In this document: piece after piece, positions 8,048 through 17,278 of the stretch
Layout: each line of letters opens with the position of its first letter
How positions within the stretch are numbered: the stretch's first letter is position 1
DNA from: a virus
Taxonomy: Duplodnaviria; Caudoviricetes
Virus record (IMG/VR): IMGVR_UViG_3300032053_000004
Coordinates: 32,001-96,000 of that record
Strand: one strand, 5' to 3'
Length of the DNA: 64,000 nt
Program-made: the position numbers and the translations under genes
The notes under the pieces: model-generated
What the model saw: only the letters and a program-made list of their open reading frames with translations
Databases searched by the model: none
What the model was told of the DNA's origin: nothing

Positions 8048-8539
8048 GTGTATATTTATATGGTTGATAATCGCATGTTCAAAGTAAAAGTTATTCCAAC
8101 AAAAGAAGCTCTTCCTGGTTTGAGCAGCAGGGTTAGTTATTTTGATAGTCCATCATATAAAGAACTTTTTCAAGGTTTGAATGCTGAAATAATTCTTATT
8201 CAAGAATTCGGTTCTTACCAAGGTGATTATCTTTATATTTTTCGGGCAGAAGAAGGAAGGTATTATGGTTTTTTGAATTTCAGTTATGGTTCTTGTTCAG
8301 CATGTGACTCTCTTCTCGGTTGCACATCTTATGAGGATTTGGACACTCTCAGGGTTAGTTTAATAAACAACATAGAATGGCTTTCTCCTATGAAATTGAT
8401 AAATTATTTGAAGCAAAAAGATTTTCCGGCTACTATTGCCGGGTGCGAACTTCATCAATCGGAAAAGTTCATAGCAGATGCTATGAAGATCATTTTAACA
8501 GAAGAAGAAATTAAGACCTTGGATGTACTCGATTGCTAG
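8048..8539 (+). CDS. hypothetical protein (GSYQGD / YGSCSACD motifs) with C-terminal tag (IKTLDVLDC)
   Basis: ORF track; start uncertain. Confidence 0.65.
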   Translation: MYIYMVDNRMFKVKVIPTKEALPGLSSRVSYFDSPSYKELFQGLNAEIILIQEFGSYQGDYLYIFRAEEGRYYGFLNFSYGSCSACDSLLGCTSYEDLDTLRVSLINNIEWLSPMKLINYLKQKDFPATIAGCELHQSEKFIADAMKIILTEEEIKTLDVLDC

Positions 8540-8577
8540 TCTTTTATAAGATCTATGAACAAGTGTAAACTGCTTTT

Positions 8578-9219
8578 GTGGAAATCACTTTTCGTATTGA
8601 TAATCGTAGGTATGAACTTTCTCCCTCCTCCATTAAAGCTGGCGATAAATTTGATTCTTATTCTAATATAGCAAAATTTCTTTATACTAAATGCGATGTT
8701 CATTTTATTCGTGACGGCGTTCCAGGTTCTTTCATCATGAGTCTTGACCCACGTTGGAAAACACCAACATGGAGCCGATTTTTTCGTAGAAATATTTCTG
8801 GTTTGCGCATAGTTTCCGATTCTGGAGACAAAAAGTTATTATTGTCTCTTTGGAAAGAGTTCATTGCTCGTCTCACAACTACTAAAATAGGAATTGCGCC
8901 AGCTCCGATATTGAAGTTATCTGATGAGCATAAAGCTCAATTTATTAAAAAAGCCAACGCTGTGTCTAAACAAAAAGTAAATCAAGCTAGAAATTTTATA
9001 TTTAAAACAATAAAAGATTCTATTTCTCATTTATCTAATGTTTCTGTCGGAGGTCATTATACTTATGCTAAAGCTGATATGAGTTCATTAATTTTAACGG
9101 AAAAACAAAAAGTCGCTCTTCTTGAGCATTTCATTTCTTCAATCTGTCCTGATTTGTCTGACGAAGCCGTATTTTCTGCTTGGAACTCTGTAAAAACTAC
9201 TTCAATTGTTGAAGGTTAA
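8578..9219 (+). CDS. hypothetical protein with C-terminal tag (VKTTSIVEG)
   Basis: GTG start 6 nt after TAAACT. Confidence 0.65.
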   Translation: MEITFRIDNRRYELSPSSIKAGDKFDSYSNIAKFLYTKCDVHFIRDGVPGSFIMSLDPRWKTPTWSRFFRRNISGLRIVSDSGDKKLLLSLWKEFIARLTTTKIGIAPAPILKLSDEHKAQFIKKANAVSKQKVNQARNFIFKTIKDSISHLSNVSVGGHYTYAKADMSSLILTEKQKVALLEHFISSICPDLSDEAVFSAWNSVKTTSIVEG

Positions 9220-9220
9220 G

Positions 9221-9621
9221 ATGGTAAAGAAAACTAAAAAGAAAGCTGAACCGACTCAAGAAGATGAAGAACTTCTAAAATCATTTTTTCTTGAAGATGC
9301 AAGAAAAGAAATGGAAGTGAATCCGGATGATATTACTGAAATAGAAAAAGACATGGGTGATTTTTATCAAACAGTTTTGGAATTGAAATCTACTTCTGAG
9401 ATTTAGAAGAAGAATATAATATCGATGTTGAATTTGAATTTGAAAAACAACTTCGTTGGGTGAAATATGAAAATGATAAAATAGAAAAAGAATTGGAAGA
9501 ATTTAGTATGTCTGCGTGGCAGAATTTAAAAACTACTACCGAAGTTCTTGAAGAAAGAATTTTTTGGCCGAAAAATCAAATTGTTGATGTTAAACTCCCC
9601 AAAAGAAAAAAAAGTGGGTAA
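9221..9621 (+). pseudogene. acidic hypothetical protein with a single frameshift near 9400
   Basis: frame from 9221 stops at 9406; the -1 frame is open 9400..9621 (DLEEEYNIDV...KRKKSG*) with matching composition. Confidence 0.6.
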
Positions 9622-9678
9622 GCAGACAGATGGCGACTGAGGGGGTAAGTCGCACTTTCTGTCTGCTTACCCACTTTT
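9610..9678. terminator. 21-bp perfect inverted repeat with 6-bp inner stem
   Basis: AAAAGTGGGTAAGCAGACAGA (9610-9630) / TCTGTCTGCTTACCCACTTTT (9658-9678); inner GCGACT/AGTCGC. Confidence 0.6.
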
Positions 9679-9721
9679 ACTGTACAATTAAAAACTTCAA
9701 TCCTATATCGTTTTCGATAAA

Positions 9722-10333
9722 ATGAAACCCAAACATGATTATAGGGGTGAAATTAATTTATTTATCCAAAGTTTTGAGAATTTTGAACCAAAAGTAAGAC
9801 ACTATATTATAGAAAAATTACTTCGGAGCCATTGGTCGGAGATACCTCCAGAATTCTCAGTTAGTGGATTGAAATATAAACTCGAAGAATTTCAGGCTAA
9901 TCTTAAACATTTACAAAATACTAATATGGTCATAAATAAACTTACGAAAATCAATTTTAAACTTCTTCAGAAAGAAATCAATTCTGTTAAGAATCATATA
10001 TTCAAAGATTTGTCTGATTTAAACATGAATGGATATGAATTTGTTGGATGGGCTTCCACTCACGGTAAAGGGATGTATTTTTGGTTTAAAGGTATGTATG
10101 TGAGAATTTCTATCAGATTCCATAACAGACGCCCCTACATTGGAGTTCAAGGATATAAAGATGATCATAATCCTGACCATGCACATGAGTGGACTTTAAA
10201 TTCAAATCATCGTAAATATGAAAACCCTTTGATTTTTGATTTCAGAATCAATGAATCAAATGAACCTTTCGATCATAGAAAAATTCTCGACGAAATAGAT
10301 CTTAAATTGACTGAGCAGATAATTCTTTCATGA
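9722..10333 (+). CDS. hypothetical protein (weak C-terminal tag KLTEQIILS)
   Basis: ORF track. Confidence 0.65.
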   Translation: MKPKHDYRGEINLFIQSFENFEPKVRHYIIEKLLRSHWSEIPPEFSVSGLKYKLEEFQANLKHLQNTNMVINKLTKINFKLLQKEINSVKNHIFKDLSDLNMNGYEFVGWASTHGKGMYFWFKGMYVRISIRFHNRRPYIGVQGYKDDHNPDHAHEWTLNSNHRKYENPLIFDFRINESNEPFDHRKILDEIDLKLTEQIILS

Positions 10334-10352
10334 CTATAGTAATGTAAAATAT

Positions 10353-10643
10353 ATGTTAAATATTATTTTAACAAACTGTGTTATAAATAGTTATTTTTAT
10401 GTAGATAAAAGAATTACTGATGGTCTATATGAAGGAAAAATTACAGATGTTTTTGTTGATAGTGAAATATTTAACAGACCAGTTGATTTAACGATTGATA
10501 AATTTAATCTTTTAACAGAAGGGATTTCGGGGAAAGTTCGTTTAGGTCCATGCCCTATTTGTTATAATTTAGCGGTTTATATTGAAAATAAACCTACTCA
10601 CAGAACTGATTTAGAAAAAACCATGTGTTTGATTGAAGGTTAG
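10353..10643 (+). CDS. hypothetical protein (CPIC) with C-terminal tag (EKTMCLIEG)
   Basis: ORF track. Confidence 0.6.
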   Translation: MLNIILTNCVINSYFYVDKRITDGLYEGKITDVFVDSEIFNRPVDLTIDKFNLLTEGISGKVRLGPCPICYNLAVYIENKPTHRTDLEKTMCLIEG

Positions 10644-10646
10644 AAT

Positions 10647-10877
10647 ATGTCAACAAAGAAAACTATAGAGGAGAAAAAAGAAGAAATTATAAAAAGTTAT
10701 TTAAGTACTCCTCAAGGTAGAATGAAATTAGCTCAGTCTATGGCTAACCCTATTAGAGGAAGAATAACCCCTAGTTTAATTTGTCCGGTTTGCGATCAAA
10801 TGATTAATGATATTTTCGAACACTCTAAAGAATTTGAAGATGATGAGCATAAAATTCTTTCTGTAGTTGGCGGATAA
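10647..10877 (+). CDS. hypothetical protein (GRMKLAQSM, CPVC) with C-terminal tag (HKILSVVGG)
   Basis: ORF track. Confidence 0.6.
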   Translation: MSTKKTIEEKKEEIIKSYLSTPQGRMKLAQSMANPIRGRITPSLICPVCDQMINDIFEHSKEFEDDEHKILSVVGG

Positions 10878-10915
10878 TATTTAAATATTCATCAAGAACA
10901 AAATTATCTATATCT

Positions 10916-11302
10916 ATGGTTCAACTCATTAAACGGTGGTTAAGTTATGCGGTTTTTGGGAGGCAATCATATAGATTTACAAATAAGAAAATACTCGGGT
11001 TTCGGCAGTTACAAACGGGTCCTATTAAATTTTGGCAAAAAGCTCAGATTTTCTATTGGAAAATATTTTTTAAATTATTCTCATTTTATGTTTATCATTC
11101 TGATTCGAAATCATATTGGAAAGTTTCGTTTAAATATTCTCAATCTGCAATAGGCATGAGACCGAAAACAAAAATAATTGTAATGGATTTTGTTTTCGGT
11201 CCTTCGCATTTATCATCAGTAAAAAAATTCAATTGTAACATTGAACTTTTGAGAAAATCTTCAATGAAAGAAATTGAGACCGCACAAGTTGTCGATAGTT
11301 GA
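10916..11302 (+). CDS. hypothetical protein with C-terminal tag (IETAQVVDS)
   Basis: ORF track; stop abuts convergent gene. Confidence 0.6.
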   Translation: MVQLIKRWLSYAVFGRQSYRFTNKKILGFRQLQTGPIKFWQKAQIFYWKIFFKLFSFYVYHSDSKSYWKVSFKYSQSAIGMRPKTKIIVMDFVFGPSHLSSVKKFNCNIELLRKSSMKEIETAQVVDS

Positions 11303-11614
11303 TCATCCATCAACAACTTCAGCAATTTCGTGTTCAATTGAAAAACCTTCTATCATTAAATAGTAGAGTTTAGAATTCAATTCTGTTACGATTCGGACCT
11401 CGGATGGGTCTTCTATAGTTCCTCTTTCCACATTCAAACTATTAGACATGTCCTCCCAGGAATTGAGAAAGCACTCTGATCTAAATTCATCTCTTACATA
11501 ATTGTTCATTTGACGTATTATTTTATCGTTCAAAGGATACCCTACAAATTCTGCTTGTAGTTTTTCATGACACTTCCTGACAGATGCTAAAACTTGTAAC
11601 GGTTCCGGTCTCAT
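11303..11614 (-). CDS. hypothetical protein with C-terminal tag (HEIAEVVDG)
   Basis: TACAAT 5 nt before ATG on minus strand. Confidence 0.65.
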   Translation of the reverse strand: MRPEPLQVLASVRKCHEKLQAEFVGYPLNDKIIRQMNNYVRDEFRSECFLNSWEDMSNSLNVERGTIEDPSEVRIVTELNSKLYYLMIEGFSIEHEIAEVVDG

Positions 11615-11620
11615 AATGTA

Positions 11621-11803
11621 TTGTACAGTTCGCTAGTGGATCTAATATCTAAAAAACTTCTTCGAATTTCTGTTGAGGTCTTGCCTAGTTTTGATAAAAT
11701 AGGTGGGCAAATAATGATTTTTGTGGACGGCCAATCGGTAAATATAGGATCATTTAAGCCTGATAAAGATGTGATTCGGTCTAATTTAAAGATTATTTAT
11801 TAA
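11621..11803 (+). CDS. hypothetical protein
   Basis: fills gap; start uncertain. Confidence 0.4.
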   Translation: MYSSLVDLISKKLLRISVEVLPSFDKIGGQIMIFVDGQSVNIGSFKPDKDVIRSNLKIIY

Positions 11804-11855
11804 TTGATATCGGGATTAGGAAAAATAATTTAAATCCAAAGCTTAATCTAAAATT

Positions 11856-12077
11856 TTGATACCCCCCTCTGTTACTAAGAAAATATATGATTTAACGAAT
11901 GAGTCTGTCCAAAAGATAAAAAAAGTCCGAGGAGAATCTAGAAGGATTTACGAACATCATGTTTATCAACAAGCTCTTAATAAATTTGAAAGCTCTGTAA
12001 AGTTGGCGTTGAAGAATGGAGTCAAATCGAAAGACTTGAGACTGTCTTTCGATAAACTCTTGCCAGAAAGTTCCTGA
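11856..12077 (+). CDS. hypothetical protein
   Basis: ORF track. Confidence 0.5.
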   Translation: MIPPSVTKKIYDLTNESVQKIKKVRGESRRIYEHHVYQQALNKFESSVKLALKNGVKSKDLRLSFDKLLPESS

Positions 12078-12091
12078 ACTCAGAGGTTTCC

Positions 12092-12352
12092 ATGGTCAAA
12101 AATAAGAAGAAAAAAGAAGAGAAGAAGAAGTCGAAGGAAATTTCTTTCGTTGTTTCTAAAATGGTTGAATTTTCAAATAAAGACGAATTTGAACAACAAA
12201 AGGATAAATTAGTCGAGGAGCTCGAGGAGCTCGATTATGAAGTTTCAGACCACGTTGATGACGAAACCGTAGATGACGACGGTCCTAATTTTGACGAGGA
12301 AGAGGAAGAAGAGGAAGAAGAATTAGAAGAAGATGATGATGATATAGATTAA
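12092..12352 (+). CDS. small protein with basic N-terminus and highly acidic C-terminus
   Basis: KKKKEEKKK ... DEEEEEEEEELEEDDDDID; GAGG upstream. Confidence 0.65.
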   Translation: MVKNKKKKEEKKKSKEISFVVSKMVEFSNKDEFEQQKDKLVEELEELDYEVSDHVDDETVDDDGPNFDEEEEEEEEELEEDDDDID

Positions 12353-12387
12353 TATATTATTCAGTCGTTTATTGAGTTACCGAATAA

Positions 12388-13098
12388 ATGGCAAAACGAT
12401 TACCTGACGTCATTACGACTTGCACTCCAGAACAGATGTTCCATGCTTTGGCATTAGCATGGGTCAATATGTTCGATGAAGTTCCCAAAATCAATTCAAT
12501 TTTGGTTCTTCTTTGCCAGTGGGTGCTTGAAACGGGTTGGGGTAAGAGTTGTCATTGTTGGAATGTCGGTAATTTTAAATCTTCTGATGGTGATGGATAT
12601 GATTATGTATATTATAAATGTGATGAGCGATACGATCCGGTACAGGCCCAGCATTACATAAATAATGCTGGGAAACGTAGTGATGGTTCTGGCCTTTCTA
12701 ACGTAGCTTTAGAATCGAAGAACAAAGATGGAACGTGGACCGTTTATTTTTGGCCTGATCATCCGGTGAGTCGTTTTAGAGCATCAAATACGATTGAAGA
12801 TGGGGTTAAGATTTATTTGTCCTCAATGTTCAATCGGTTCAGTAAAGCTTGGCCCGCTGTTTTAGCGGGTAATCCTGATGCCTTTGTTCATTTGTTAAAA
12901 ATTCAAGGGTATTTTACTGCGGACGAAGAGCAATATCGTAAGACTGAGCATTCTGTGTTCAATACATTATCCGTCAAACATTTTGATATGTCAGACCTTC
13001 CAATTTTGAGTGATGATCATAGGGCTCAAATCGAAGGTCTAATTGCTTTAACGTCCTCTCAATTTTCAGATACCACTCCTCCCGAAAAATTAACATGA
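12388..13098 (+). CDS. GH73/FlgJ-like peptidoglycan hydrolase (candidate endolysin)
   Basis: QWVLETGWG, WNVGNFK, FRA...EDG...Y, L...GYFTA...Y. Confidence 0.65.
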   Translation: MAKRLPDVITTCTPEQMFHALALAWVNMFDEVPKINSILVLLCQWVLETGWGKSCHCWNVGNFKSSDGDGYDYVYYKCDERYDPVQAQHYINNAGKRSDGSGLSNVALESKNKDGTWTVYFWPDHPVSRFRASNTIEDGVKIYLSSMFNRFSKAWPAVLAGNPDAFVHLLKIQGYFTADEEQYRKTEHSVFNTLSVKHFDMSDLPILSDDHRAQIEGLIALTSSQFSDTTPPEKLT

Positions 13099-13103
13099 TT
13101 TGA

Positions 13104-13445
13104 GTGTATTTATTTTTCATGACTGAAGCAACGATTAAGAATTTTACAGTGTCATATTCTTTGGAATTATATAGAGGGGGCGAAAAGTCTTCTTCTTTCG
13201 TATCTGCCGGAGTTGAATTTTTGAACCCAGTTTCTGTAGAAGATTTTCCTTTATCCCACATAGAAGCTTCTTACAAAGTTGCCGTTGCAACTATCCATGA
13301 CGCTTTAGTTCGTGGATATTTGACTTTGGAACAAGCAAACGGAAGAATTTCTGATCTTCGTCAAAATTGTGATAATCTTCGTGAAGCTCTTTCTAAACCA
13401 ATTCCTGTCGCTGATGGGTCAACCGAAGATCTGGAAAACAACTGA
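13104..13445 (+). CDS. hypothetical protein
   Basis: ORF track; likely start at MTEAT. Confidence 0.6.
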   Translation: MYLFFMTEATIKNFTVSYSLELYRGGEKSSSFVSAGVEFLNPVSVEDFPLSHIEASYKVAVATIHDALVRGYLTLEQANGRISDLRQNCDNLREALSKPIPVADGSTEDLENN

Positions 13446-14194
13446 TGAATCAAGATTTAACTCTTGAAAAAATAGATCAAATCCTTGAGGAAATTTCAGG
13501 ATATGAAGTAAAGCTTGAAGAAGATCCAACTCTTCCTGAATTGGGAAATAAATACTTACAACGTATTTTATCTCAATGTCGCCAATATTTAAATAGAGTC
13601 CAATATTATTTACAACTAGCTAAACGAACTGAAAAATCTCTTCGTTCTCAGGTTCGGGAATATGAACTTGATCTTGATTTAAAAACAAATAATCTCTTAG
13701 CCGATGACCAAATAGTAAGAAAACAGCCTAGCATTGAAGATAGGAAAGCCTTAGCGGCTTCTCAACTTAAAGATGAACATGAAAATTTAGCTAAATTAAG
13801 AGTCTTTCTTCTAAATGTTGAAGAAGGATCAAAAATCATTAAACATAAGTATGATCATCTTCGAGCCACCAATCAGGATATAAGACTTCAGAGAAATATG
13901 GTCCGGGACGATATAGGCCCTGGAGATGATGGGTATCAACCACCAACTAAAGATCGGGATGGTTCTGTTTTAGGTGGTTTGCCTCCAGTTGTTCGATCGA
14001 GAATCATAGACCCTAAAGATATTTTAGATCCGGATAAGCGTCCTGCGGATCTCCCAGAACCAGTTGATGCTGTTCATGCTCAGCAGATAGCAGAATTCTA
14101 TTCTCGTTCTCAACCAGAACCGATCGTTCAAAAATCTCAGTCTAGTGATTTTGAGAAACCTGTATCTGTTGACTATTCTGATCTTCTTAAATAA
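13445..14194 (+). CDS. coiled-coil protein (possibly UvsY-like recombination mediator)
   Basis: long heptad-rich helix; upstream of SSB/RuvC/RecA-like genes. Confidence 0.4.
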   Translation: MNQDLTLEKIDQILEEISGYEVKLEEDPTLPELGNKYLQRILSQCRQYLNRVQYYLQLAKRTEKSLRSQVREYELDLDLKTNNLLADDQIVRKQPSIEDRKALAASQLKDEHENLAKLRVFLLNVEEGSKIIKHKYDHLRATNQDIRLQRNMVRDDIGPGDDGYQPPTKDRDGSVLGGLPPVVRSRIIDPKDILDPDKRPADLPEPVDAVHAQQIAEFYSRSQPEPIVQKSQSSDFEKPVSVDYSDLLK

Positions 14195-14276
14195 TGTGGT
14201 CTTCAGTGTAATTTTTCTCTTACCCATTCAAGGGTAGTTCACCGTAACAGTTCGAAAGTAGAAGGAACATAGAAAA

Positions 14277-15143
14277 ATGTCAGATGTTGTTGATTTCAGT
14301 TTTGACGAAGCGAAGGTCATTAAGGCGCAGGGTATTGAACTTTTCAAGCAGACCAGGAGTGGTGAAAAGCATCGGGTATCTTTGATAGCATTCAAAAAGA
14401 TTCACGATATTATCCTCGCTGATAAGACCAGCCAGAAGGGTTCTCCTTTAACCGACGCGGAGAAGGCTGAATATCTGGCTAAGATTGAGAAGAATCTTGC
14501 CGGTCAGCTCAATAAGTCCGAAAAGGATTTGACTGAGGTTGACCGCCTTGACATTCGGCATCCGAAGTTTTCATACTCTTTCACCCATTATGGTGATGGG
14601 GTTGGGACTATCCGATGCTTAAGCAAGTATGAAGGTAGCAATGTTCTCAAGCAAGAAATTTGCTGTGATAAGTTCGGGGACGCGGATCAAACCGTAGCTA
14701 CGGTTTGCATGACCTACCCGGTTGACTCCAATTTCGGAGTTGATGAAGATCTCCTCAAGGCACGTAAATATACAAATGTTTATGTGTGGAGACTCGGATC
14801 GAAGAAATTCCAGAAGCTTGTTGCAACATACAACACGGCCAAAGAGGACAATAAGTCTGTTCTTGATCTGAAGGTTACGCTCGACGGTGATCCGAAGTAT
14901 CAGAAGCAGACTATTGAGACCGCAGCTTCTGCTTTTTGGGCTCGTGAGGGTGTGGATCCGGCCATCCGTACTTGGGTACTCGAGCAAGGTCTTCGTGCCT
15001 ATAAGCACGTGGCTGATAATCTTGGATACGCCATGCCTAAGGAGAAGTTGCTTGAGCGTCTCAGCGGGTCAAGCCCGTCCTTCTCCGGGGGAGAAGAAGA
15101 GAAGCCAAAGCTAACATCTGGATACAACTCACTTTTGGAGTGA
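14277..15143 (+). CDS. probable single-stranded DNA-binding protein
   Basis: 288 aa, AAGGA RBS, higher GC3 suggesting high expression, acidic/Gly tail, strong hairpin downstream, context next to ruvC/recA. Confidence 0.45.
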   Translation: MSDVVDFSFDEAKVIKAQGIELFKQTRSGEKHRVSLIAFKKIHDIILADKTSQKGSPLTDAEKAEYLAKIEKNLAGQLNKSEKDLTEVDRLDIRHPKFSYSFTHYGDGVGTIRCLSKYEGSNVLKQEICCDKFGDADQTVATVCMTYPVDSNFGVDEDLLKARKYTNVYVWRLGSKKFQKLVATYNTAKEDNKSVLDLKVTLDGDPKYQKQTIETAASAFWAREGVDPAIRTWVLEQGLRAYKHVADNLGYAMPKEKLLERLSGSSPSFSGGEEEKPKLTSGYNSLLE

Positions 15144-15154
15144 TAAAAATTTAG

Positions 15155-15189
15155 TGCTACGGAGCGGAAGTATCTTCCGCTCCGTAGCA
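15155..15189. terminator. 16-bp perfect hairpin after SSB-like gene
   Basis: TGCTACGGAGCGGAAG / CTTCCGCTCCGTAGCA with 3-nt loop. Confidence 0.6.
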
Positions 15190-15235
15190 TCGTGCTCTAG
15201 GTTATATCAGCTCTTAAATATTTGTTGAAAAATAC

Positions 15236-15958
15236 ATGATAGCACTTGGTTTAGACCCGAGTTTGAGATCATACGGGTGGTGTGTCTATGATAGTAAAGC
15301 GGGTCCCAGAACTCGTTTAGTGGCTAGTGGTCACGATGGAACGCTGAATTCTATTGTTCCTGTTGCTAGATTTATGCATTTTCGTGCTCTTGTTCGTGAT
15401 ATAATTAAAAAGTATTCAATCGAGGCTGTCGGGATTGAGAGTCCGGCATACGGAGGAGGGCCTTTTAGCGAAGCTCATTTTGGTCTCATGATGTTTTCTT
15501 TAGAGGCCACTTTTGAGAGTCGTTTAGATTGTGTTCTTTTCGATCCCGCTACATTAAAATATTTAGCCAAATCTGATCCGAATAAAAAAGGTATATTCGG
15601 TAAATCAGATATGCAAAAATTCGTTATGATGGATACGAATTCAACGAAAACTGTAAACAATAATGAAGCTGACGCTTATTGTGTTGCTCGTTTTTGTTCT
15701 CGTATGATAGATACTGTTAATGGTAGTCTTGACCCAAATTCCTTATCTGAAACGGAAAAATCGGTTTTTATAGGAAGAACGAAAACTATTAAACGTCCTT
15801 CAGGTATTAAAATAGTTAAACGTACTGCTTATGCATTTCGGGAAAATAGTAGATTTTTTCGTTTTAGTCATGTTCCTCATGGAGACTTAAATCTTCCTCT
15901 TAAAACTCAAATAGACGAAAATCTCTTGAAGTTTCTTGAGAAAAGTGAATCTGTTTGA
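15236..15958 (+). CDS. ruvC: RuvC-like Holliday junction resolvase
   Basis: LGLDPSLRSYGW, VGIESP, NNNEADAY acidic catalytic set. Confidence 0.75.
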   Translation: MIALGLDPSLRSYGWCVYDSKAGPRTRLVASGHDGTLNSIVPVARFMHFRALVRDIIKKYSIEAVGIESPAYGGGPFSEAHFGLMMFSLEATFESRLDCVLFDPATLKYLAKSDPNKKGIFGKSDMQKFVMMDTNSTKTVNNNEADAYCVARFCSRMIDTVNGSLDPNSLSETEKSVFIGRTKTIKRPSGIKIVKRTAYAFRENSRFFRFSHVPHGDLNLPLKTQIDENLLKFLEKSESV

Positions 15959-15985
15959 AATGTACGTTCGTTCACCGGAGGATTT

Positions 15986-17278
15986 ATGGCATCAAAGATA
16001 GCTCTTCACCCGAAACTTGCTCGTGTCATCAAAATGGTGGACGGCCAAGCAAACTTAAAAGACGTTATGGTCAATCCGAGTTTTCGGATTGATTGTATAA
16101 ATACTGGTAGCACAGTGATGAATATGCTCATCGGTGGGAGTCGTCTTTCTGACGGTTCGTTTGTTTGTCCTGGATGGCCTAGAGGGCATATTGTCGAGAT
16201 TTATGGTAGAGAAAGCTCTGGGAAAACGACTATTGCTTTGACTGCCATGGCGCAAGCTATTTCTGCGAACGGATGCGGTCTTTATGTTGATTTAGAATGT
16301 GCAGTTAAAGATCATTATGCCATGAAACTCGGTGTTGACTTTCGTTCTCCTGAACTTGGTGGAGGCGGTCGTGCTTTACGCGCTTCTCCTCACACGTTTG
16401 AAGAGACTGAGGCTATTGTCATGAGTGCCGCGTTAAACGGAGTCGATATAATAGTTATCGATTCTGTTGCTGGTTTAGTTTCACGTCGTGAAATATCAAG
16501 AAATCCAATCAATGAAACTGAAAAATTGGGTGTTGCTGAAATTCCTCGTTTAATGTCCGGTTGGATGCCGAAATTACAGCAAGTTATTTCACGAACTAAG
16601 ACTTTAGTTATATTTCTGAACCAGACCAGAGATAAAATCGGAGCCATGGGTTACACTGAAGAAGCTAAGAAGAGTACCACTGGAGGGAATGCTCTTAAGT
16701 TTTGGGCCGCTATACGTATGATGCTTAAGCCTAAACAATCAACAAAAGCAAAACTTTTCAACCCTCTTTTAAAGCAAGATGAAGATGTTCAAATATCGAA
16801 TGATATTGAAGCTAAAATGATTAAAAATAAGATCGATTCTCGTCAAGGACACTCAGGTTTAATCACTATTCGTTACGGGGTCGGTGTTGATGAGATGCGG
16901 ACCATGCTAAACGTTGCTCTTGCTTATGGTGTTGTGAAATCTGGGAAAAACAGCAGAAAACAAGATATTTTTTCTTTTACTTCCCCTTCAACTGGGAAGG
17001 TTATAGAAACCATCGGAATCGAAAAATTTCGTATGCAAGTTAATGCTGATAAAGATGTTTTAAATGACATGCTTTCTATAAGTACTGAGCATATTCTTCA
17101 AGGGTTTAAAGAAATTGATGATGCTCAACTTGCGGAACTTTCAGAAAATGCGGTAATCACTTCTGCTGAAGAAGAAGGAGGGGACGAGTATGAAGACTCA
17201 GGAGAGCCAAGTTTTGTTGAAGCAGCTCCTGAACAAGAAAGCGATATCAAGGCTCTCCAAGTTGAGATAGATTCATGA
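15986..17278 (+). CDS. recA: RecA/UvsX-family recombinase
   Basis: EIYGRESSGKTT Walker A, IIVIDSVA Walker B, FLNQTRDKIG, TTGGNALKF. Confidence 0.93.
   Translation: MASKIALHPKLARVIKMVDGQANLKDVMVNPSFRIDCINTGSTVMNMLIGGSRLSDGSFVCPGWPRGHIVEIYGRESSGKTTIALTAMAQAISANGCGLYVDLECAVKDHYAMKLGVDFRSPELGGGGRALRASPHTFEETEAIVMSAALNGVDIIVIDSVAGLVSRREISRNPINETEKLGVAEIPRLMSGWMPKLQQVISRTKTLVIFLNQTRDKIGAMGYTEEAKKSTTGGNALKFWAAIRMMLKPKQSTKAKLFNPLLKQDEDVQISNDIEAKMIKNKIDSRQGHSGLITIRYGVGVDEMRTMLNVALAYGVVKSGKNSRKQDIFSFTSPSTGKVIETIGIEKFRMQVNADKDVLNDMLSISTEHILQGFKEIDDAQLAELSENAVITSAEEEGGDEYEDSGEPSFVEAAPEQESDIKALQVEIDS

Noticed and set aside
9397-9406. Stop-codon reassignment explaining the broken gene
   Set aside because: TAA, TAG and TGA all end intact conserved genes, and core enzymes translate fully in the standard code
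11290-11317. Near-palindrome at the junction of convergent genes 10916 and 11303
   Set aside because: Explained by both genes ending in the same C-terminal tag; not an independent DNA element
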